Of a stretch of 32,000 nt of DNA, positions 23,797 to 32,000 are shown in pieces. Every line of letters starts with the position of its first letter. The stretch's first letter is position 1. The stretch covers positions 30,001 through 62,000 of the forward strand of contig DIRZ01000002.1 in assembly GCA_002421785.1 (NCBI GenBank), given 5' to 3'. The stretch is from Candidatus Saccharimonadota bacterium (lineage in GTDB: Bacteria; Patescibacteriota; Saccharimonadia; Saccharimonadales; Saccharimonadaceae). The translations under genes and the position numbers were made by a program. The notes beneath the pieces are model-generated. The model did not search any database and was not told the origin of the DNA. It saw only the letters and a program-made list of their open reading frames with translations.

Positions 23797-23812
23797 TGTA
23801 ATTATTTTCACT
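23797..23812 (-). promoter_or_regulatory. weaker Crp-type box 4 (TGTAAttatttTCACt)
   Basis: It matches at 8 of 10 positions, but the GTGA core is broken to GTAA. On the minus strand it lies exactly 21 nt upstream of TACGAT (23775-23770), ahead of the glsB-like gene. Confidence 0.4.
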
Positions 23813-23910
23813 AAACCTGCGACCAAACAATACCCCTGAAATTAAGGTGTTATATTATGCAGAACTTACGTTTTATAGTCCGCACGATTGGCACACAGTG
23901 CCTACGAGAG

Positions 23911-25203
23911 TTATGATGTCTCGTATTGACGACTGATTGTACGGTATGCCTTAGAACGAAGCGCAAGCGTCGAAACTGCAATCAGAATAATCGAAGCAGT
24001 CACGAAGATAAACGCGATACCTCGCATTTGTCCATAGCCAAGCAACCAAGCCCAGTCATTTTCGCCCTGCCCTCGCATATAGGGAATAATGACGTATTGC
24101 GCCAATGGGCCAATAGCGAATGCAGTAATGGGCGCAGCGGCAGCTTCGAGGCTTTGCTTAAAACCAAAGACACGGCCCTGTCGAGCAAGCGGCACAATTC
24201 GCTGTAGTACGACTTGCTCCGCCGCCTGAGCAATAGGCATTAAACACATATAACCGAATATCCCCACCACGTAGAGCCATGCCCATTCACGGAGCGTAAA
24301 CAGCAGGCCGACGAGCGACGTCGCCATGTTGACAATCAGTAGCGTTCGGAGCGGTCGCCTCCCTAGCCCCATCTTCGCGACAAGTAGGCCGCCAGCGATA
24401 AACCCGATACTCGTGATTGCCAGCATAATACCCCACATTTGCACACTGAAAAGCGTCAAACCGTATGGGTCCATCAGAGCCATAAATACGCCACCAATCA
24501 GGTTATTGAAAACAGCGAATAACAGCAGCGCCCATAACCCTGGCACGTCGGATATAGCCCGTACAGCACCTTTAAGGTCGATATGTTTTTCTGCTAGCTC
24601 AGGGTCGTGGACAATCTTTTTCTCAGGAATTTGCACCGTCATAATGTGAACGAGCGCGATTGTTGTCAGTACAATTGCGACAACAAGCGTCCAGCCAAGA
24701 CCTAAGTAGCCGATCGACAACCCACTGAGTACCGACGTCACCAAAAAAGCAACGCCACTCACCGATCCAATCAAACCGTTTGCTTTATCGCGCTTGCCTT
24801 TCGGCACGAGGATCGTAACTGTCGTCGATAACGCGATATTACGCATGTTTTCAACAACTGCACCCACCAAAATTATCGCGGCAAATATCCATAAGAATGG
24901 AGATGAGATGGTCGACAACATTCCTTCGCCAAATACCAGATACATAATACCAGCCGTAGTATAAGCAACCGCGCTAACCAACGACGACCACACCATGATA
25001 GTTTTTTTGCGGTTTTTATCAACCAGCGTACCAAACAGCAGCCCACAAAATGCCACCAGAAGCATATAGATACCCCCCAAAATTGCCGTCGCCATGACAG
25101 ACTGAGTTTCGAGGTAAAGCCAGAACGTTAATGCGAACCAAAGATAGCTGGTAGTGACATTCGCGATCAGCGTATTAACTAGTACTGCATAAAACTTTTT
25201 CAC
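23911..25203 (-). CDS. MFS transporter (12 TM; EntS/macrolide-efflux-like subgroup)
   Basis: 430 aa, hydrophobic throughout, with VDKNRKKTIM after TM2 (motif A-like). The start is GTG, and there is no in-frame ATG for about 35 codons. Confidence 0.75.
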   Translation of the reverse strand: MKKFYAVLVNTLIANVTTSYLWFALTFWLYLETQSVMATAILGGIYMLLVAFCGLLFGTLVDKNRKKTIMVWSSLVSAVAYTTAGIMYLVFGEGMLSTISSPFLWIFAAIILVGAVVENMRNIALSTTVTILVPKGKRDKANGLIGSVSGVAFLVTSVLSGLSIGYLGLGWTLVVAIVLTTIALVHIMTVQIPEKKIVHDPELAEKHIDLKGAVRAISDVPGLWALLLFAVFNNLIGGVFMALMDPYGLTLFSVQMWGIMLAITSIGFIAGGLLVAKMGLGRRPLRTLLIVNMATSLVGLLFTLREWAWLYVVGIFGYMCLMPIAQAAEQVVLQRIVPLARQGRVFGFKQSLEAAAAPITAFAIGPLAQYVIIPYMRGQGENDWAWLLGYGQMRGIAFIFVTASIILIAVSTLALRSKAYRTISRQYETS

Positions 25204-25305
25204 TGCTTCATTGTAACACCCACCCCTTGACCATATTGTGATTTTGCCGACATATTTACCTATTACAACTACCTACGCGGCGTATACTGTAAGCAAGGGG
25301 GACGT

Positions 25306-25572
25306 ATGTCAAAACAATGTCAAAGCTGTGGAATGCCCCTACAAACTCGCAAAGCTGGCGATTGCCGCGGCACAGATGCCGACGGAAGCAAAAGTGAGAT
25401 GTGGTGCAAACTCTGTTACCAAGATGGTGCATTTTACACGCCAAACTGTAGCCTCGAAGAGATGAGAGAGATTGTTGACGATGCGCTCAAAGAAAATGGC
25501 AGCGGAAAGCTGATGCGCTGGCTCGCGCAGAAACAACTTCACAGCCTAAAACGCTGGAAAACACCGCGTTAA
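25306..25572 (+). CDS. small zinc-ribbon domain protein
   Basis: 88 aa. CQSCGMP...WCKLCYQDGAF provides two CxxC pairs, and an AAGGGGGA SD lies upstream. Confidence 0.7.
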   Translation: MSKQCQSCGMPLQTRKAGDCRGTDADGSKSEMWCKLCYQDGAFYTPNCSLEEMREIVDDALKENGSGKLMRWLAQKQLHSLKRWKTPR

Positions 25573-26222
25573 TTCTGATGGAATGGCTTGATAACACATA
25601 AGCTCGCCTGGACTCTGTAAGACCCGTCATGCTCGCGCAACCATTCATCTGTAGCCTTTGCAGCCCCCGGTAAGGCTTCGTTTGCGTAATCATCCACAAC
25701 AATCACCGCACCTGAGGCAAGACACGGACTAACGACGCGCAGAGAATCACGAACCGATTCATAATAGTCACCGTCCATAAACGCGAACCCAATCTCTCGC
25801 GGTACATCCTCGTCGGTCAGATCATTAAACCAACCTTTGTGAACAAACGGTGGTGCAAGATTGCCTTTACGAAAATTAAGCAAGAACTCCTTTTTGCTCA
25901 CCGCAAGCGCACCGGTGACAAACTGCTCACCCGCCCGACTCTCATCTAGCCTTGTCTTCGGCGGAAGACCTTCAAACGAATCATACACATGGAATGCTGC
26001 CTTGCTCTCATAGGCATTGAGTAAACGACGTATAAATAGCGACGTGGTACCCGCATAGCAGCCGAATTCTACTACTGCGCCTGTCATTCCGGCTTGCAAG
26101 CATTTCTCTAACTCGCTCAAAATCACCCGTAGCTCCACCCTATCCACCTGATCGGTCACTATCGGGTACTTTGCCAATAGCTCATCAGTAACCGTGGGCC
26201 GCTCACCCCTCTGCGCTGCCAT
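25569..26222 (-). CDS. class I SAM-dependent methyltransferase, TylF/macrocin-O-methyltransferase-like
   Basis: It has VVEFGCYAGTTSLFIRRLL and FMDGDYYESVRDSLRVVSPCLASGAVIVVDDY. I chose the start at ATG 26222 (MAAQRGERP). The track's GTG 26327 extension translates to low-quality sequence and overlaps a much better alternative-frame micro-ORF. Confidence 0.75.
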   Translation of the reverse strand: MAAQRGERPTVTDELLAKYPIVTDQVDRVELRVILSELEKCLQAGMTGAVVEFGCYAGTTSLFIRRLLNAYESKAAFHVYDSFEGLPPKTRLDESRAGEQFVTGALAVSKKEFLLNFRKGNLAPPFVHKGWFNDLTDEDVPREIGFAFMDGDYYESVRDSLRVVSPCLASGAVIVVDDYANEALPGAAKATDEWLREHDGSYRVQASLCVIKPFHQN

Positions 26223-26224
26223 GC

Positions 26225-26323
26225 CTACTGACGCGCTTCCATGTACACCACAAGGAGGAGAATAATAATCGCCACGACGACGACGACCAGCTCGAGAATA
26301 GTAAAACCACCATGCTTCTTCAT
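26225..26323 (-). CDS. 32-aa prepilin-type (type IV pilin-like) N-terminal signal/TM micro-ORF
   Basis: My own translation of the alternative frame gives ATG AAG AAG CAT GGT GGT TTT ACT ATT CTC GAG CTG GTC GTC GTC GTC GTG GCG ATT ATT ATT CTC CTC CTT GTG GTG TAC ATG GAA GCG CGT CAG TAG. This reads MKKHGGFTILELVVVVVAIIILLLVVYMEARQ*. It has the class III signal pattern: a basic leader, G/F, Glu at +5, and a hydrophobic helix. The stop is 2 nt before the methyltransferase ATG. Confidence 0.45.
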   Translation of the reverse strand: MKKHGGFTILELVVVVVAIIILLLVVYMEARQ

Positions 26324-26382
26324 ACACCTATAGTACTCCCCTCACCAGCTCTTAGGAAATAGTGGTGATGCTTGTGGTTTTT

Positions 26383-26391
26383 TGATATACT
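26383..26391 (+). promoter_or_regulatory. extended -10 promoter element (TGaTATACT) ahead of the ATPase operon
   Basis: TGATATACT lies 27 nt upstream of ATG 26419 and is followed by a GAGAGGGAA SD. No good -35 is present, which is consistent with an extended -10 promoter. Confidence 0.35.
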
Positions 26392-26418
26392 AAATCAACA
26401 GAGAGGGAATAGAGATAC

Positions 26419-27240
26419 ATGCTTCGCACCGTTAAACGAAGAATCATTGCTACCAGTGCGGCCTACTTTGCTATGCTAGTGCTTGCTGTTCCTTTCGCTG
26501 CTGCCATTACCCCTATTTCACAGGGCTATTCCACCGACCAAACCATCCCTGTCGGCTCAATTGTCAGCCTGACACAAGGTTCCACCGATCGTGTGATTGC
26601 CGCCAGTACCACAACCAGCGATAGTATTATTGGTGTAGTCGTTAACGACGGCAGCTCGCCAATCAGCCTCAACTCGGGAGCCACCAATCAAGTACAGGTT
26701 GCCACTAGTGGTGTTGTGCCTATCTTTGTGAGTGACGTGAATGGCGACATTCAGCAAGGTGACCAAATCACTGCCAGCCACATAAAAGGCATCGGCATGA
26801 AAGCCAGCACTAATACAAAAGTCGTTGGCGTGGCCCAAGGCCCCATGACTGGCAAAAACAAGCAAAAAGTGAAAGACGAAACCGGTGAGGAGCAAGAAAT
26901 TACCCTTGGCCAATTACCCGTTCTTGTCAGTGTTAGTTATCATTACAAAACCCCCGACAAAACTATCATCCCCGCCGCGCTGCAAAACGTTGCTAATACT
27001 GTCGCAGGCAAAAAAGTAGACTCCTTGCCCATCATCATCAGCACGGTCATTTTCGTCGTTATGCTCATTACTGTTGTGAGTATCGTGTACGCAATGATTC
27101 GAAGTAGCATTATCAGTGTCGGTCGCAACCCTATGGCGCAATCAGCCGTCTACCGTGATATCATTCAGCTCTCCCTCCTCGTTCTTGCCATTATTGGCGC
27201 GGGCGTCATTGCTATTTACCTAATCTTGACGAGGCTCTAG
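26419..27240 (+). CDS. exported beta-rich protein with a C-terminal two-helix membrane hairpin (first gene of the ATPase operon)
   Basis: 273 aa. The signal/anchor MLRTVKRRIIATSAAYFAMLVLAVPFAAA is followed by a Ser/Thr/Val/Gly-rich domain. The C-terminus reads PIIISTVIFVVMLITVVSIVYAMIRSSIISVGRNPMAQSAVYRDIIQLSLLVLAIIGAGVIAIYLIL. The next gene starts 4 nt after the stop. Confidence 0.7.
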   Translation: MLRTVKRRIIATSAAYFAMLVLAVPFAAAITPISQGYSTDQTIPVGSIVSLTQGSTDRVIAASTTTSDSIIGVVVNDGSSPISLNSGATNQVQVATSGVVPIFVSDVNGDIQQGDQITASHIKGIGMKASTNTKVVGVAQGPMTGKNKQKVKDETGEEQEITLGQLPVLVSVSYHYKTPDKTIIPAALQNVANTVAGKKVDSLPIIISTVIFVVMLITVVSIVYAMIRSSIISVGRNPMAQSAVYRDIIQLSLLVLAIIGAGVIAIYLILTRL

Positions 27241-27244
27241 CAGG

Positions 27245-28141
27245 ATGTTTGGTGGGGACATAGCATTACAACTCTTTCTCCTCGTGAACGTGTTTGTGCT
27301 GGGCGTCATTATTGCTGTGGCAGTCATGAGCGCACGAGCTCACTATCGACCCGACGAGCCACGCATCGTCAAGAAGAATCTGCCGATGCTTCCCCATGAC
27401 GTACGCCAGCGTATTATTGACGAAGCCGAAGATGACTACGAAAAAGTTCTGCGCAAAAGTGCTCAGGCATTCGAAAAAGATCTCGAGTCAACTACCTCGC
27501 ATTTGAGCGAACAGTTGAGCAAAATTGGCAATAACATCATGGACGACGAGATGCAGCGCTACAAACAAGGCCTTGCCGAGCTGCGTGGTGAAACTGAACA
27601 AGCGGTGGGCATGGCCAGCCAAGAAATCACGAAGCATCAGGCCGAACTACGCGACAAACTTGCGCAGCGGCAAGCAGAAATTGAAGCAAAGCTGAGCGAA
27701 GGGCAGGCAGAGCTTGAGGCTAAATTTGCTGCGCGAAGCACCGAGCTTGAACAAACGTTCAAGCAGAAACAACTCGAATACGCTAGCAAGCAAGCAGAGC
27801 TTGAGGCACAGCTCGTCCAGCATCAGGCGGAACTAAGTGCCGCGCTTAAAGACCGCGAGGTCAAACTTGCTCAACATCAGGCCGAACTCGATGCAGAACT
27901 TATCGCGCTCCAAACGCAGCACGCCCAAAAGCAAGCTGCGCTCGAAGCAAAACTCGAACAAGACATCGCCGCGCAGCGTGAGCGCGCCGCCAAGCAAATC
28001 GAAACTAAAATCGGCGACACAATTGCCGCCTTCCTTACAGAAACCTTGGGTCATAATGTCGACCTAGGAGCGCAGACACCCTACCTAATAGCAACACTCG
28101 AAGAGCATAAACAAGATCTCATGGGTGAGGTACGAGAATGA
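27245..28141 (+). CDS. ATP synthase b-like peripheral-stalk protein (N-terminal TM plus long coiled coil), unusually long
   Basis: 298 aa with one N-terminal TM helix followed by a continuous helical, charged sequence carrying repeated xQAELEAKLxx units. It sits immediately before delta, with an ATGA overlap. The call rests on position and architecture only. Confidence 0.55.
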   Translation: MFGGDIALQLFLLVNVFVLGVIIAVAVMSARAHYRPDEPRIVKKNLPMLPHDVRQRIIDEAEDDYEKVLRKSAQAFEKDLESTTSHLSEQLSKIGNNIMDDEMQRYKQGLAELRGETEQAVGMASQEITKHQAELRDKLAQRQAEIEAKLSEGQAELEAKFAARSTELEQTFKQKQLEYASKQAELEAQLVQHQAELSAALKDREVKLAQHQAELDAELIALQTQHAQKQAALEAKLEQDIAAQRERAAKQIETKIGDTIAAFLTETLGHNVDLGAQTPYLIATLEEHKQDLMGEVRE

Positions 28142-28623
28142 GCATATCCCTCCCTGCTACTGTCTCGTCGACAAACGATCTAACCGGCCTTATTCTTGAA
28201 GTCCGCGAGTATGCCAAGTGGTTCAACCAGTACACGAACGCTACGAAACTCCATACATCTTATGCGCATACCCAGCCCGAACTGTCACCTACCGCGTCCA
28301 CCCTCATCCGTGATTGGGCTAAACAAGCCAGCCTCACGAGCGCTCGCCTGTACGAACTCATCACAGGACTTGAACACACCAAATCCCACGCACCAGTGAT
28401 GACAATCACATTGGCCGCGCCAGCTCCTACCGAAGTCAAAAAAGAGCTTGTCGCATGGTGCCGTGACAACATTAGTCCAAGCATTCTTGTTACGTTCCGT
28501 TTCAACTCGGGGATTCTTGGGGGTATGGTGGTGCGCTATGGCAGCAGCATCTATGACTGGTCATTCCGTCGCGCAATCATGAACGAACGCCATAAATTTG
28601 CGGAGATACTTAGTCGTGTTTGA
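28138..28623 (+). CDS. atpH: ATP synthase delta (OSCP)-like subunit
   Basis: 161 aa. The C-terminal half (VMTITLAAPAPTEVKKELVAWCRDNI..ILVTFRFNSGILGGMVVRYGSSIYDWSFRRAI) matches the delta pattern. That pattern is a T/S-A-x-P-L stretch followed by (L)IGG.v.+.gd..yD.S. Confidence 0.7.
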   Translation: MSISLPATVSSTNDLTGLILEVREYAKWFNQYTNATKLHTSYAHTQPELSPTASTLIRDWAKQASLTSARLYELITGLEHTKSHAPVMTITLAAPAPTEVKKELVAWCRDNISPSILVTFRFNSGILGGMVVRYGSSIYDWSFRRAIMNERHKFAEILSRV

Positions 28624-30110
28624 TAACACCGCATTCCAAAAACTTGTCGAGGCAGGCAACTTAACGGGCGAGGTCACAGCCACGAACCGATTCATCGTGG
28701 AAGTAAAAGGTCTTGAAGGCATTCGAATTGGCTCTCAGGTACTGTTCGAAGACGGCCAGCGAGCGATGGTGCGAGAAGCCTACGGTGACCGCGTTATTCT
28801 GTACAACATCGACAGCGAGAATGTGGCGCTTGGGGCGCTCGCAGTTGTTGAATTTGACGAGCTGCAGGTCCCAGTTGGTCCCGAACTCGTTGGTCGCGTC
28901 GTGAATCCCATGGGCATCCCGCTTGATGGCAAAGGCGCCATCCGCACAGCCCAGACAAGCGGCATGTTCACTCCCGCCCCGGGTATCATGGACCGTAAAA
29001 TGCTCGACGAGCAACTCGCAAGTGGCGTGTCTGCAGTGGACAGCTTCTTCCCCATCGTTCTAGGGCAGCGTATTGCGATACTCGGTGACAGCAAGTCAGG
29101 TAAAAGTACCTTCCTGAGCCAGCTCAGTGCCAACCAGCAGGGCACTGACCGCATTGTGGTATACGTGCTGATTGGTAAGCGCAAAGTTGACATCGAACGC
29201 CTTCTCAGCGACCTGCAACGCAGCGGCGCGATGGAGCATACCATCGTCGTTCTGGCCAACATTTTCGACAGCCTCACCCAAAGCTACCTGGCGCCCTATG
29301 CTGCCTGTAGTATGGCCGAATATTTGTGGTACAACGGGCAGGACGTCATCATTATTTATGACGACCTGAGCAGCCACGCCGAAGCATATCGCCAGCTGTC
29401 ACTACTTCAGGAAGTTGACCCAGGGCGCGATAGCTACCCGGGCGACATCTTTTATACTCACTCCTCGCTACTGGAGCGTGCAGGTAAGCTGCTGAGTAAC
29501 GACAAAACCCTCACGAGCCTGCCTGTTGTGCTCACACCCAATGACGATATCACTGCCTACCTTAGCACCAACATCATGTCCATTACCGATGGTCAGATTA
29601 TCTTTGACCTCGGCTATTTCCGAAAAGGCATTCGACCTGCCGTCAACGCCGGACTTTCGGTGAGCCGCGTGGGTGGTCAAGCGCAAACAAAGCGCCAAAA
29701 GCAGCTCAGTACCGCACTCTTTAAAGCGCTCGCTAACTATCACCAGGCAGAAGAATTCTCCCACTTTAGTAGCCAGCTTAGCAAAGATGCCCGTATCGAT
29801 TTGGCACGTGGTCGTCACCTTTACCAAGCCCTCAGGCAGGTTCCCGAGCAGCTCTTTTCGTTGCCAGAGCAACAGCTTCTCCTCGAAACCATCATGAAAA
29901 GCGACAATGACCTCGCGATCGATGTCCCCGGCCTCAAACAAGCCGTCAAGGGCCGAGGCAGCGACATGAAGGCGGATTCAGACTACGACACGCTTGAAGC
30001 TGAGCTATTGCAAAAGTTCCGCGCCGAGCCCGTTGTCGAAGCAGCGCCCGTTGTCACCGCGCCAGAACCCGAAACGAAAGATAAAAAGCACAAAAAAGTT
30101 GAGGTAAAAG

Positions 30111-30118
<8 letters not shown>
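28598..30118 (+). CDS. atpA: ATP synthase alpha subunit (divergent)
   Basis: It has GRVVNPMGIPLDGKG, Walker A ILGDSKSGKST, IIIYDDLS, PGRDSYPGDIFYTHSSLLERA, SITDGQIIF and GIRPAVNAGLSVSRVGGQAQTK. There is no ATG start. The candidates are TTG 28598 (track) and GTG 28616, which overlaps the delta stop. Confidence 0.85.

Positions 30119-32000
<1,882 letters not shown>

Noticed and set aside
23857-23916. A 19-aa plus-strand ORF (MQNLRFIVRTIGTQCLREL) with an AAGGTG SD in the glsB/MFS spacer.
   Set aside because: It is very short and has no recognisable feature. It runs into the antisense of the MFS stop and sits inside the region better explained as the glsB promoter and Crp box.
25237-25252. A fifth Crp-type box (TGTGAttttgcCGACA) between the MFS gene and the zinc-ribbon gene.
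   Set aside because: Only one half-site matches. The spacing to the likely TATACT (25282-25287) puts the centre near -49.5, unlike the fixed -41.5 geometry of the other boxes.
25569-26327. The 252-aa long form of the methyltransferase ORF, as given in the track (GTG 26327 start).
   Set aside because: The extra 35 residues (MYEEAWWFYYSRAGRRRRGDYYSPPCGVHGSASVG) look like out-of-frame translation of a hydrophobic segment. An internal ATG at 26222 gives a normal TylF-like N-terminus. The overlapping alternative frame encodes a textbook prepilin signal.
26419-27240. Calling the 273-aa protein atpB (a subunit) or atpE (c subunit).
   Set aside because: It has only three hydrophobic segments and no a-subunit Arg motif. 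The C-terminal hairpin lacks the GxGxGxG motif and the essential carboxylate. It is therefore reported only as c-like in a finding.

Overview
This is a very gene-dense chromosomal window with about 38 CDS on both strands. Intergenic spacers are tiny, many same-strand genes overlap by 1-17 nt, and six convergent gene pairs overlap at their 3' ends. By eye I found no rRNA, tRNA, CRISPR array, transposase or integrase. The compact layout, divergent versions of core enzymes, abundance of transport and ion-homeostasis genes, and ordinary use of TGA as a stop suggest a reduced-genome bacterium, possibly Patescibacteria/CPR (Saccharibacteria-like). That assignment is inference only. All family calls come from motifs read in the translations; no search was run.

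Recognisable genes:
- Cell envelope and information processing: murC-like ligase, trmB, tsaC/yrdC, aspS, a MutY-like glycosylase.
- Ion and membrane functions: a Kef-type antiporter, MscS, a CNNM/CBS protein, corA, DUF475/TerC-like, GlsB, PAP2, DsbA-like, three MFS transporters.
- Metabolism and regulation: zwf, a Crp-family regulator, an orphan receiver domain, a TylF-like methyltransferase.
- A partial F-type ATPase operon: b-like, delta, alpha, gamma, beta.

Most interesting observations:
1. A translationally coupled nucleotide-centric operon (3664-5694). It encodes a CYTH-uridine-kinase-like fusion, a MazG/HisE-like NTP pyrophosphatase and a roughly 200-aa minimal SerRS-like class II synthetase core. 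It is divergent from a wHTH protein with a degenerate Nudix box.
2. A 32-codon prepilin-type micro-ORF hidden in an alternative frame at the 5' end of the annotated methyltransferase ORF.
3. An ATPase operon with no a or c subunit genes next to it. It is headed by an exported membrane protein whose C-terminal hairpin has a c-subunit-like GRNP loop but no carboxylate, followed by an over-long hendecad-repeat b-like stalk.
4. A local Crp regulon: four (T)GTGA-N6-TCAC(A) boxes, three of them exactly 21 nt from a TAnnnT hexamer.
5. Several -10-like hexamers only 6-9 nt from start codons, suggesting leaderless mRNAs.
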